64,000 nt of DNA, from NCBI GenBank assembly GCA_965240325.2, contig OZ251251.1, forward strand, positions 248,001-312,000, in the 5' to 3' direction. The DNA is from Rebecca billardiae RCC1528 (lineage: Eukaryota > Protista > Haptophyta). Both the position numbers and the translations under genes were made by a program. Below the pieces are notes generated by a model that saw only the letters and a program-made list of their open reading frames with translations, was not told where the DNA came from and ran no database searches. The stretch's first letter is position 1. Each line of letters begins with the position of its first letter. Positions 26,042 through 37,063 of the stretch are shown here, piece after piece.

Positions 26042-29000
26042 TACACTCAACACTTATATTATAAGATTAAACTTTTTTCAGGAATGCGCACCAGAAAAAG
26101 CCTTAAGAATCCGCTGGAGTTTCGCCGTCAAATCTCGAGCCGGCCCGCCACTGGCGGAAACGCCACGATGCGGGCCTTCTTCCTCGTCGACCGCACGTGC
26201 GCTCTCGCGATCGTGCGACGAGCTGCGGGCAGATCGACCCGCTCTTCCTGATCAGAGGCCGAGAGCACTCCCAGGTACGCTCGCTCGCGAGCGCGCACCC
26301 GTCTCCTCGCCGCCCTCGCCGAGCACGAGCCGATCTGCAGCAGATGTTGCACCTCGCGGCTTTGGCTGTGCTCGCGCGCGCGCGGCACGGGCGACACAAA
26401 ATATTTGTATCGGGACCTTTGCGCGCATTCCATTCTTTGATGGTTGTACCCTTGATCCCCGGACTAGGTCCCGATAAACGCTTTCGCTCTTCGCCGCTGC
26501 GCGCGCGCGCAAAGGAGCACTGCAAAGCGGCAGTGCACAGGCAGATGCAGTGAGCTTTTCTGCTCCTGGGCGGCCTCCATGACCTCGAGCGTGGTGACGA
26601 GCGCGTCGGTGACCACCGCGCGGTCAATCTTGGTGGCGCCGGACAGTCCGGCCGACCCTCGCTGGACTCCACCCTTGCCGCGCGCTGACTGTTTGCCGGT
26701 CGTGCAGCTGCGCCGCCAGCCGCTCGGCGCAAGCGGCGAGCGGCCACATGGTGACACAAGATGGTCGAAGGCGTGGCAGCGCGGTGGTGCTTGCGATCGG
26801 GGGACCCCATCTGAGCTACGACACGGGCGCGCGCGCTCATCCGTGCTCATCACGGTGGTGCACGCGCGCGGCGCGCGCTTGTCAGCTGTCCCACGATGAC
26901 CGTTGGGCAGCTTTTTGGTGGCGGCGGCGGCCACAGCTCGCTGGTACGGGCCCTATGGTGGCAGCGAGTGGTACGCGGCGTTGAACTAGGTCCATGTGCG
27001 TCACGCACGACGCTCGGGCGGCTCGCCCGCGTACCATTGGCTGAGCCCTACTCGACGCGCGCACCGCGCGCGGCAGCCGCTCCGCAGCTGCTCGAGGTGC
27101 GAAGCGCGCCCCGCGCGCTGCACGTGGGCGCGACGAGGTGGTGCGGCGAGCGTGCGCGAGTGTGTGCGCGTGATGGCAACCACCATTGCGCGACTTGCCA
27201 TGCACATCTGCCTCTCGTCAAGCCTTCGACACGATAGCTGCGACTGCTGCTCGGAGGTGCGCTTGCGGGCTCGCACACGCTTGAATCCGGGCTCGGCAGC
27301 GACCGCGCGGGCGAGGGACAGCGCGGTGCACGGTGGCGGAGCGCGCGCGGAGCGCAGCCTATACCTCCTACGTGCTCCATCCAGACACATCGCGCATGCT
27401 CGCGCGACCTCCTCGGTCCATCACGCGCGCGTGCGCGCGCGAGCAGGTGTGCATTCGCCGGGCGCGTGCACGGCGCGCCGCGTTGGCGCGCGCGCACCGA
27501 TACCCGTGCGCAGCTCGACGAGCGAGCGCGGTGTGTTTCGATGCGTATGGGGAGGCTCGAATTTACGCGCGCGCACGCGCCGGCCCTCGCCGCCCCTTCG
27601 CTCGCCCACGCCTCATCTGCGCGCTCGGCGTTTGCAGGCAGCTGCTCATTCTTTCCGACACGTGCGCAAACGAGCAGATGGCGCTGGGCGAGGTCGATTG
27701 GTGCGTCAGATATTCGGCAACGATCAGGCCCGCGCGTGTGCCGCCACTCGTGCTACTCTTGGCGACCACCTCTGGCTCGGTCGCGCGCACGAGGCTGCTC
27801 GCGGCCGAATCGTGCCGTGTATCGTAAAGCTGTACCGTGCGCGGCGAGGCGCACTCAGACGTCGGCGTGGGCTGGCATGCGATCGTCCAACGAACAGCGT
27901 CGACGAACGAGCATGTCGCGAGCATGGTTTGGCGCACTTCATGGCGCGCACGAGCCGCTCGAAGGCGCGCGAGGGCGCATAACCGCCGTCGTGGCCGCCG
28001 ACCCCATCTTGGGCCGCGCGGATTCTTAAGGCTTTTTCTGGTGCGCATTCCTGAAGAAAGTTTAATCATAAAACTCTGCCCTGGCGGGCGGGGGGGTCGG
28101 CGGGCGGGCCGTGCCAGTGCTGTCGCAATATTTCCCCAGCGGGTTCGCGCCTTTTATTTAGCGGTTTGACGGGCAGGATGACGAATAACAATGCGACACA
28201 CAGATGATGGTGAGCTACCTGACTCACTGACGAATAATAACGCGACAGATGTATCAGGAGCTGTCGGCGGTGCGCGCGCGCGCAGTGGCGAGAGCGTGTG
28301 CCACTCGCGATCCGGAGGGTGGGCACGCGCTGCTCGAGCAGGCACAGGAAGCGCAGCACATGTGCCACTGGCTTCACGACGAGTCGGCCTCGTCTCGCAG
28401 CGCTCGTGCCATGGTGGAGGATGGGGCGACGATGTTGCACGCTCGGCGTTTCATCTCGTGGCGGATGCGCCTCTGGGATTGGTCATAGCGCGCTGCGACG
28501 AGGGCCGCCGACTCGCCAAGACGCGGTTCCTTCCACGGCTGCAAACCCGGGAGGTGCGTGCGGTGCGCGTCGTACGCCGCTTTGCGCTGCTCCTCCGTCG
28601 CATTGGCCACCGTCGACGCCATGCAGGCCGGACGTGGGCCCTCGAGCGCCGAGCGATCTTTGGCCGCGAGCTCGCGAGCGCGAAAGATGATCGCTCGCTC
28701 TGGAACACCACCGACCGTAGCAAACGGATTTGCATGCGCCCGACCTTGCCAACCGGGGCACGCGACAGTCCGGTGTGTGGATTCCGGTTTTATGGTGTTC
28801 AGAAGGCCGCGCCAAATCTTGCGTCGCGTGCGATGGCGCTTCCCGCCCGCGAGACACCTCGTGAGGAGGGCCTTTCCGCACCGAACTCGACGCGCGGCGG
28901 TGGATCGCGCGAGGTGGTTGTCGAGCGCAGCGCTTGATGCTATGGCCCGTGCGAGCGCTCGACGTGCAAGTCGGGCGAGGACCGCCCCAGGTCGCACGAT

Positions 29001-29373
29001 CGTGTCGACGCGCCGAGCGTACCTCCAAACGCGTCGACTTTGGCCCTCGTTCGACCTGCACGCGAGACGACGAGGGCAGCAATCGCGAATCGGGCGAAAA
29101 CCCCCCTCGGGAGTCTTCTCACGATGTCCGCTCCGGCGTTGGATTTGGCGCGCGCCGCCCACGCGCTCCGCGCCATGGCCGGCACCTTTTTCGGCCGAGC
29201 GTCCCCAGTGGGAGCTGCGAGGGCGCCCGGTAGTGAGCGAAGCGACCCGGCAGTGAGCGAGGCGATTTTCTTTTCTTTGCGAGGCGATTTTCTTTTTTCC
29301 TTTTCTTTTTCTTATCTTTTTCCCGGGCACTACAAGGGGCGGACCTACGGCCCGCCATAATACACTCAACACT
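26042..29373. mobile_element. Outer 3.3-kb segment bounded by a 13-bp direct repeat (possible TSD)
   Basis: tacactcaacact at 26042-26054 and 29361-29373; T-rich tract and GC hairpin (ggcgg...ccgcc) near the right end. Confidence 0.5.
26065..28067. mobile_element. Putative non-autonomous TIR DNA transposon (2003 bp, 50-bp TIRs, 4-bp ATAA TSD)
   Basis: 26065-26114 gattaaacttttttcaggaatgcgcaccagaaaaagccttaagaatccgc is the reverse complement of 28018-28067 with one mismatch. ATAA flanks both ends (26061-26064 and 28068-28071). No transposase recognised inside. Confidence 0.8.
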
Positions 29374-29559
29374 GCTCACGGAGGGGGGGGACAGGCTAGA
29401 CTGAAGGCACTGCCGGTGCCAGACAGTCCTAAGCAGGCAGTCAATGACTCATCAGACAGTCGGCACTGGGGCCGACGGTGGCGCCGTGGCGGCGGCGCCT
29501 TTCGCAGCGCTTAAAGTTAAAGAAAGAGGGCTTACAGTACAAAGGCCCCAAGTCAGACA

Positions 29560-31506
29560 TCATTGTCGGCCCTGCCTCATGCCGTCGTCGGTCGTGGCAT
29601 CGGACCGCAGCGGCGGCAGCTGCGCGAGGTGCACGGGCGTGCCACGCGTCGCAGCGCTCGTCGAACTCGAAGGCTCGTCGCCCGCGCCCACGCCGATGCC
29701 GAGCGCGGCCGACTGCCTGCCGCTCGCGCGCACCGCGCCGTCCGCCGTCACGAACAGCGCGTGGGCGCCGCCTAGCGCACACTGGACCACGCGCTCGTGC
29801 GAGAGAGCACGCACGCGCTCCGGCCGCTGCACGCTAGCGGTCTCGTGCCCGAGACCGAGCTGGCCGCTGCTGTTGTCACCAAACGTGTGCACGCTGCCAT
29901 CGGCGCACACCACCGCGCTGCTGAAATGGCCAGCAACGCAGCGCACGGCGCGCACGCCCGCCAGTGCCTCGATGCGCGCTGGCAGAGGTTCCAGTGCCTC
30001 GATGTCCGGTGGCAGTGGTTCGTCCCCCAGGTCACCGAGCCCAAGGCAGCCACTACCCCCTGCTCCGAAGGAGTGCACGCCACCCTCCGCGTCCACCACC
30101 AGGTTGTGCTGACTGCCCGCGCTCACGTGCACAACGTGCACGCCCGCGAGCGCCTCGATGCGCCTCGGCGCATGCTCATCCTGCTCGTCGCCGTGGCCGA
30201 GCTGGCAATCGTGGCCACGACCACACGAGTACATGGCGCCATCGGTCGAAAGCATCAGCGTGTGCCAGTAGCCCGCGGCCACGCCGCCCACGTGCACGCC
30301 GTCCAGCGCCTCGATGCGCGTCGGCTCCAGCCGGTGCTCCGTGTCGCCGTGGCCGAGCTGGCCGTACTCGTTGTCGCCCCAGCTGTACGCACGGCCGTCG
30401 GCGGTGAGCACGAGGCTGTGGGCGGCACCGGCAGCGATGCCAACGACAAGCTCCTGGAGCAGCGCGTCCACCAGCACAAACGTCCCACGCGCATGGCGGT
30501 CCCCGAACCCCAGCTGCCCGCACTCGTTGTCGCCGCACGCGTACACGGCGCCGGCCTCGCTCAGCGCGAGCAGGTGGTACCAACCCGCAGCAACGGCACG
30601 CACGCGCACCGCTGAGAGCGAGGGCACTCGCGTGGGGACGAGCACGGGCGGCGTCTCATACCCCTCACCGTGCCCGACCGCGGCAGGCCGGCGGTACACG
30701 ACCTGCCGCCGTTCCTCCTCATCCTCCTCGTCCTCCGCCTCCGCCTCCTCCTCCTCCACCACCGCCTGCTCGCCGCACGTGTGCAGCCCGCCCTGCGCGT
30801 CCACAAACGCGCTGAACGGAAGGTGGGGCACGGGGCCGCACTCGGCGACGCTGACATGCCTGGCGCTCATCTCCAGCACGCGCTCACGCTCGAGCAGCTC
30901 AGTCGTCCACGTGGGCGGCAACGTCGGCAGCAGCCGCTCGTGCCCACGCGCGAGCGCGCGCTCGCGCAGCGCGTGCTCGACCGCCGAGCGGCCGCCCGGC
31001 GCGCCGCGGAAGAGTCGCGAGGCGGCGTTGGCGGACGCGAGGTCACGCGCGCTGCTGAGGTGGAACAGAATGCGCGCGAGCAGCTCGAACGGTAGCGCGG
31101 CCAGCTCGGGCCCCGACGCCTCGAGCGCGGCCGCGCTGCCGCGGTGCGCCCCGTCCCGCCCTCCGCCCGAGGGCGCCACAGCCGTGACGTGGCCCCTGCC
31201 CTCCGCGACCTTGACGTGACGCGGCGCGTCGAGCTGGCGCGTGCCCGCGTACATGGTAATCGCCGACGCCACGGGCGTGAGGCGCCCGCAGCCGGCGTGG
31301 CCGCAGCGCACGGCGCAGCACTCGGACGCGAGCGCGCGCTCGAAGAGGCACACGTTGTGCGCGACGTGCTCTGCGCCGCACGCGAGCTGCGCCCACGGCT
31401 GCGAGCCGATGCGCTCGGCGCAGATGGTGCAGATGGAGTCAACATGCATCGGCCTCGGCGCCTCGGCCGCCTCGCCATCGCGCGCAGCAGCCGCCGTGCG
31501 CTCCAT
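29560..31506 (-). CDS. RING-like + F-box + RCC1-repeat protein (copy 1)
   Basis: Single exon. 'CTICAE...LACGAEHVAHNVC...VRCGHAGC' (RING-H2-like), 'LAALPFELLARILFHLSSARDLASANAASRLFR' (F-box), multiple 'VAAG..H.L.L...G.VYS.G.N..GQLGHGD' RCC1 repeats. Confidence 0.9.
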   Translation of the reverse strand: MERTAAAARDGEAAEAPRPMHVDSICTICAERIGSQPWAQLACGAEHVAHNVCLFERALASECCAVRCGHAGCGRLTPVASAITMYAGTRQLDAPRHVKVAEGRGHVTAVAPSGGGRDGAHRGSAAALEASGPELAALPFELLARILFHLSSARDLASANAASRLFRGAPGGRSAVEHALRERALARGHERLLPTLPPTWTTELLERERVLEMSARHVSVAECGPVPHLPFSAFVDAQGGLHTCGEQAVVEEEEAEAEDEEDEEERRQVVYRRPAAVGHGEGYETPPVLVPTRVPSLSAVRVRAVAAGWYHLLALSEAGAVYACGDNECGQLGFGDRHARGTFVLVDALLQELVVGIAAGAAHSLVLTADGRAYSWGDNEYGQLGHGDTEHRLEPTRIEALDGVHVGGVAAGYWHTLMLSTDGAMYSCGRGHDCQLGHGDEQDEHAPRRIEALAGVHVVHVSAGSQHNLVVDAEGGVHSFGAGGSGCLGLGDLGDEPLPPDIEALEPLPARIEALAGVRAVRCVAGHFSSAVVCADGSVHTFGDNSSGQLGLGHETASVQRPERVRALSHERVVQCALGGAHALFVTADGAVRASGRQSAALGIGVGAGDEPSSSTSAATRGTPVHLAQLPPLRSDATTDDGMRQGRQ

Positions 31507-31694
31507 GCCGCGAGCTCCTCCGCTCTCGTTGAGCTTGAACGTTTGTGGCGGCGGGCGCGCTGCAGCCGCTGCTTGCCATATGCAAGAGCGACGACGACGG
31601 TTGGCCGTGCCGTGCGTCCGGCGTCCGGTTATGCTAGCATAGTAGTATAGTAGTAGCTTAGTCAGCACGGCTTGTTGCAATGCAGATTCAGATC

Positions 31695-32131
31695 GCTACA
31701 GTAGCGTCGGGAGCTGCGCGATCTTCACGGGCGTGGGCGTTGCAGCGCACGCAGACCCGTCGCCGCTACCGGCACGCTCCCATCCGGCAGATCCGGGCCC
31801 AATAAGCCGATGCCGAGCGCGGCCGAGTGGCGTGAGTTAGCTTGCCACACGAGTGTACCGCGCCGTGCGCCGTCACGAGTACTGTAGCGCGTGGGAGCTG
31901 CCTATCGAGCACTGGCTGACGCGCTCGTCCCGAGGAGAGTACCAACACGTACCGGCTCCAGCACCTGGTCGGACGGCTGGTCGGACCTCACTAATCACTA
32001 TGCCCAAGCCCCGCACGGCTGGCCGCTGCTGACACAGCATGCCAGCAGTAATGTCTGGCAGTATGGTTCGCCTGTCGCGACCCGAAACGTGAGTACACGC
32101 GGCCGTCAGCGCACACCACCGCGCTCGTGCT
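31695..32131 (-). pseudogene. Decayed 3' fragment of a third RCC1 paralogue
   Basis: Aligns by eye to 35140-35470 (gctacagtagc..cgggagctgc..ggcacgctcccatc..gccgagcgcggccga..cgccgtcacga..caccaccgcgctcgtgct) with many short frameshifting insertions. Confidence 0.85.
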
Positions 32132-32910
32132 AGGGACCGCCCCATATTGCGCGTACAATATGGGGGTTCGACTGAGTAGCTACCCATACGAGGCCCGGGG
32201 TGCTCATCCGCCACTTTCATGGACTCATGAAAGAACTGGCAGCAGAGTCAGCTAGTCGGCCGGGTACGAGTGCCGCCAATTTAGCTACTACGAAGACGTC
32301 GACAACTCACTGATGACTGATGAGTGATGAGTCGGATGGTATGTAATGAGTGAGTGCTGACCACTCACGGCATCATCATTCTTAACTAAGCACTGCTCCT
32401 ACTGCTGCTTGTCCATCAATGTCGTCCGTCGGGCGGGCGGACGATGGCGCTGGATGCTGGATCGGTCCGTACTCGGACTACTGACTACTCTGTAGTGGCT
32501 CTGCATGCATGCCGCTGGCGGGACTGTGTGACTCCATCCGGGACCATGTACTGTGCTGATCGATACTGTCATCCGCATCGGCGGCTGCGCTGACGACTAA
32601 TACTATACTAGCAGTGACTACGGCGGTCGGCCGACTGTACCGTCCGAGAGTTAGGGGGTCCATCAGATTAAATTGAGTTTTGATTTTCTTTTCTTTTCCA
32701 TTCAGAACTTGTTCGGCGGGTTTTCGCGATCGGCAGATTCCAAATCCGCGCTCGCGCTCGGCTGGCCCCGGCGCGGGAGCGGAGCTCTGAACGGGGTCGG
32801 CGAGGCTGATGGCCCTCATCGACGGCCGTCCGCTCGCCATTGGGCGCACCCACCTCGGTGCAGGCGCCTCGTCAAGCGGCTGGGCGGCTGCGGACGGGTA
32901 GCCATGACTC

Positions 32911-34413
32911 GTGCGGACCGGGCTCTCGCTGGGAGTCGTGGTCCAACCGAAGCTCGTGCTTCATAATTTGCATCTGCGTGCTCAACGTGTGCTGCTCGCG
33001 ACCAAGGAGCGAGTCCTAGCAGCACGTGCTGGCGACCTACGCGGAGACGAACATGACCTACGCGGTGGGGTGGACATCGACAACGACTCGACGCAGCCTC
33101 CTTGCCCACCCGACGCCGCGCTCTCGCGCTCTGACGCTCCCCGCGGGCCCCTGCCGCAAGGGCCGCTCGACGTCGATCAACTTGCTGACCGCCGTGCCGG
33201 GCATGACGAGGTCCAGGGCGTGGCGGATGATGATGTGCGCGTGTCCATGGACATGTGCGACCCGCCCGAGGTCCCCGCCAGCACCGCAGAGGGGCTCACC
33301 TCCTCCGCGGACGGCCACGATGGCGTGCAGCAGTCAAGGCTCGAGCTGCCGCCAGACATCAACGTCCGCGTGGAGCAGGTCGAGGAGACGGCGGCGGCGG
33401 CGCGCGCCATTCACGTGATGCACACTTTTGGCTGCCGCTTCGTGGCCGGCACGCACCCGCGGTACGCATCGGTGCTCAACTTCGTGCTCCTCGACCTCCT
33501 CCGCACGCTCGTGGACCTCATGCTCGAGAAGAACTTGAGAAAGCGCAAGCAGTTGGTCAGAGTGTTCACCGCGGCATACGCCCAGACCGCGGGCGACGGT
33601 GGGATGAGGAAGCCCAAGAAGGTCGCGCACGCCTGCGCGGACGTGCACGGCATCTCGGCGCGCCACGACTCGCCGCGGCTCGAGATGATCGGCAACTGGC
33701 TGATGACCGTGCACAGGTGGTCGAAGGGCAAGCGCCAGGACGTGGAGCGCATCCTGAGCCGGAAGCTGGGCGCGTCGGCGGCGGAGAGGTTGGCGGAGCT
33801 GGACACCGACGACCAGTTGCTGGGCGCCGCCCACGTCAGCTGCCCCTTCCGCGACCTCGACTCGCACCCCGACGCTGACGCGCCGCGCATTTCCGCATCA
33901 GGCCGCGTGCCGGTGCCGCTGCACGAGCAGCGCGTGACTCCTGCTGAGCACGCGATCATCTCGGAGCAGCAGGTGGAGCTGGACTCGTCGCGCAAGGCGA
34001 CCGCGCGCGCCGTCGCCGACGCTGCGCGCGCCAGCTTGCGCGCCGACGAAGCCGAGCGCAGCGCGTGCTGTGGCACAGATCGCGCTGCGGCCGAGCGGGC
34101 GGCCATGGCTGCCGACGGCGCCGAGCTCAAGCGCGAGAGGAGAGCGGCGGAGCTTCGGGGCGAGCGCGTGGCGAAGCGCGCGCAGTCCGTCGCAGTAGCG
34201 GTGAACCGGTGGCAGCCTCGCGTGGGCCGGGGTACGACGAACGGCGACGATGCCGGTGACACAGAGTACGGGCTTGGAAGTCGCCGAACGGACCGCGGCA
34301 AGCTTGGCGGCGGCAATCGACTGCCAGTCTGCGCACGCAAGCCTCGACGGCGGAGCCGGAGGGCTCTCCTGCCAGTGTTGGGATGGTGGCATGCTCAGAG
34401 GTGGTCTTGCTAG
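32911..34413 (+). CDS. Hypothetical orphan protein, possibly derived from a mobile element or virus; start uncertain
   Basis: 500-codon ORF with a non-low-complexity core (HVMHTFGCRFVAGTHPRYASVLNFVLLDLLRTLVDLMLEKN...MIGNWLMTVHRWSKGKR) and a coiled coil. No recognised domain; lower GC than host genes; AT-rich flanks. Confidence 0.45.
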   Translation: MRTGLSLGVVVQPKLVLHNLHLRAQRVLLATKERVLAARAGDLRGDEHDLRGGVDIDNDSTQPPCPPDAALSRSDAPRGPLPQGPLDVDQLADRRAGHDEVQGVADDDVRVSMDMCDPPEVPASTAEGLTSSADGHDGVQQSRLELPPDINVRVEQVEETAAAARAIHVMHTFGCRFVAGTHPRYASVLNFVLLDLLRTLVDLMLEKNLRKRKQLVRVFTAAYAQTAGDGGMRKPKKVAHACADVHGISARHDSPRLEMIGNWLMTVHRWSKGKRQDVERILSRKLGASAAERLAELDTDDQLLGAAHVSCPFRDLDSHPDADAPRISASGRVPVPLHEQRVTPAEHAIISEQQVELDSSRKATARAVADAARASLRADEAERSACCGTDRAAAERAAMAADGAELKRERRAAELRGERVAKRAQSVAVAVNRWQPRVGRGTTNGDDAGDTEYGLGSRRTDRGKLGGGNRLPVCARKPRRRSRRALLPVLGWWHAQRWSC

Positions 34414-35140
34414 TGTGCCTCGGCACGCAGCCCGCCGCCCGCATCAGGCCCGTCCGGGCCTGCTGCGGCACTGTTCGAGTGGCATGAGCAGCCGCAGTGA
34501 CTGCTCCGCCGAGTCCGCGGCGGCGGCCGCCTATTCGGATGACCCAGTCTCAATATTGAACACGGTACCCACATATAGGCACCAATATGAATATATATAG
34601 GAGAGTGCACCCGTATTATATATTAACGGGTAAGTCTGTGCGTATGTGCGGGTAGGGGGTCTCTAATTAAATGGGTAAAATGCTCGATCTTGGAGTAGTT
34701 TTTCACCGACCGCTACGCGCACTCATCATGCCTACTAAAATTTAGCAATTCCACCCTAATTTTGTTGGGGCGGGTTGCAACGGTTATGAATAAGTAAGTC
34801 CGACGACATATCGTCATTTAGCCGCCATCACAAGTCCTTGACGTTTGGCTGAATCTGTATGTGACACAGTGGCGCAGCTGGCGTGCGCGCACGACCGCGC
34901 GACGGCGCGCGGAGTCGGTTTTGAGTGCTTCCAACGGCTGGGCTGGGCTCTGGGACATATTTGTAAGCGACTCCGCAAGCGCCACGCTCGTCAGACACCT
35001 AAATCGCATGGTTGTCGAAAAGCACAAATCAATGGGCTGCTGTCATGGACCCCCTACGAGAGTGAGTAATAGTAGTTACTGTACTCGTCGATCGGCGCCC
35101 TCCGTTATAGCATATCATGGACATGCTGCTGCTCGGCACG

Positions 35141-36985
35141 CTACAGTAGCGGCGGGAGCTGCACGATCTGCACGGGCATGGGCACCGCAGCGCTCGCAAA
35201 CTCGTCGGCCAACGGCACGCTCCCATCTGCGCCCAGGCCGAGGCCGAGCGCGGCCGACTGCCTGCCGCACGAGTGCACCGCGCCATCCGCCGTCACGAAC
35301 AGCGCGTGGGCGCCGCCCAGCCAGCACTGGGTCACACGCTCGCGCGAGAGAGCGCGCACGCGCCCCTGCCCCAGTAGGGGGCTGGTCATGCGCCCGAGCC
35401 CCAGCATGCCGCTGCGGTTGAGCCCAAACGTGTGCACGCTGCCGTCCACACACACCACCGCGCTCGTGCTGTAGCTGGCAGCGCAGCGCACGGCGCGCAC
35501 GCCCGCCAGTGCCTCGATGCGCCTTGGCAGTGGTTGGACTGTCTGGTCGGCGTGCCCAAGGCAACCCGTCAACCCTCCTCCGAAGGAGTGCACGCCGCCC
35601 GCTGCGTCCACCACCAGGCTGTGCCCGTAGCCCGCGCTCACGTGCGCAGCGCGCACGCCCGCGAGCGCCTCGATGCGCGTCGGCGTGTGCTGGTCCTGCC
35701 TGTCGCCGTGGCCGAGCTGCCCCCAGTAACCATAGCCACATGAGAACACCGCGCCACCGGTCGACAGCAGCAGCGCGTGGCCGTAGCCCGAAGTCACGCC
35801 GCCCACGCGCACGCCACCCAGCGCCTTGATGCGCGTCGGTACCCATCGCTGCTCAGTGTCGCCGTGGCCGAGCTCGCCGCGGTAGTTGCTGCCCCAGCTG
35901 AACGCACGGCCGTCGGCGCTGAGCGCGAAGCTGTTCTTGCTGCCTGCACCGATGCCGACGACCACCTCGTGCAGCAGCGCGTCTAGCAGCACGAAATCCC
36001 CGGACTCCTTGCGGTCGCCCATGCCCAGCTGCCCGTGCCCGTTCTTGCCGCAGCTGTACACGGTGCCGGCCTCGCTCAGCGCGAGCAGGTGGGCACCACC
36101 CGCCGCAACCGCGCGCATGCGCACTGCTGACATCGAGAGCACGCGCGTCGGGACGAGCACGGGAGGCGCCTCGAGCGCTGCCCCATGGCCAATCGCGGCA
36201 GGTCCGTGGTACACGAACTGACGCCCTTCCGCCTCGTCCCGCACCGCCTCCTCGCCGCACGTGTGCAGCCCGCCCTCCGCGTCCACGAACGCGCTGAATG
36301 CTGGGTTCGGCTCGTAGCCGCACATGGCGACGCTGGCGTGCCGCGCGCTCGTCTCCTGCACACGCTCACGCTCGAGCAGCTTGGCCGTCCCCGCGGGCGG
36401 CAACGTCAGCAGCAGCCGCTCGTGCCCACGCGCGACCGCGCGCTCGCGCAGCGCGTGCTCGACCGCCGAGCGGCGGCCCGGCGCGCCGCGGAAGAGGCGC
36501 GACGCCGCGTTGGCGGACGCGAGGTCACGCGCGCTGCTGAGGTGGAACAGTACGCGCGCGAGCAGCTCAAACGGCAGCGCGGCGAGCGCAGGTCCCGACA
36601 ACTCCAGCGCAGCTGCGCTGCTGCGGTGCGCCCCGTCCGGCCCTCCGCCCGAGGGCGCCACAGCCGTGACGTGGTCTCTGCCCTCCGCGACCTTGACGTG
36701 ACGCGACGCGTCGAGCCGGCGCACGCCGGCGTACATCGTCGTCGCCGACGCCACGGGCGTGATGCGGCCGCAGCCAGCGTGGCCGCAGCGCACGGCGCAG
36801 CACTCGGACGCGAGCGCGCGCTCGAAGAGGCACACGTTGTGCGCGACGTGCTCCGCGCCGCACGCGAGCTGCGCCCACGGCTGCGAGCCGATGTGATCGC
36901 CGCAGAGGACGCAGATGGTGTCAACGGCCATCGGTTTCGACGCCTCGTGCGCCTCGCCGACGTGCGCAACCGACGTGCACTGCAT
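35141..36985 (-). CDS. RING-like + F-box + RCC1-repeat protein (copy 2)
   Basis: Single exon, clear paralogue of 29560-31506 (shared IGSQPWAQLACGAEHVAHNVCLFERALASECCAVRCGHAGCGR). ATG at 36985, alternative at 36931. Confidence 0.9.
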   Translation of the reverse strand: MQCTSVAHVGEAHEASKPMAVDTICVLCGDHIGSQPWAQLACGAEHVAHNVCLFERALASECCAVRCGHAGCGRITPVASATTMYAGVRRLDASRHVKVAEGRDHVTAVAPSGGGPDGAHRSSAAALELSGPALAALPFELLARVLFHLSSARDLASANAASRLFRGAPGRRSAVEHALRERAVARGHERLLLTLPPAGTAKLLERERVQETSARHASVAMCGYEPNPAFSAFVDAEGGLHTCGEEAVRDEAEGRQFVYHGPAAIGHGAALEAPPVLVPTRVLSMSAVRMRAVAAGGAHLLALSEAGTVYSCGKNGHGQLGMGDRKESGDFVLLDALLHEVVVGIGAGSKNSFALSADGRAFSWGSNYRGELGHGDTEQRWVPTRIKALGGVRVGGVTSGYGHALLLSTGGAVFSCGYGYWGQLGHGDRQDQHTPTRIEALAGVRAAHVSAGYGHSLVVDAAGGVHSFGGGLTGCLGHADQTVQPLPRRIEALAGVRAVRCAASYSTSAVVCVDGSVHTFGLNRSGMLGLGRMTSPLLGQGRVRALSRERVTQCWLGGAHALFVTADGAVHSCGRQSAALGLGLGADGSVPLADEFASAAVPMPVQIVQLPPLL

Positions 36986-37063
36986 GCCGTCGCCGACGTC
37001 ACGATGAGCTCTCGCACTCTTTCGGCGGCGCCGCAGCGCTCCCTCCGGCAAGGGTGCCTCCGG

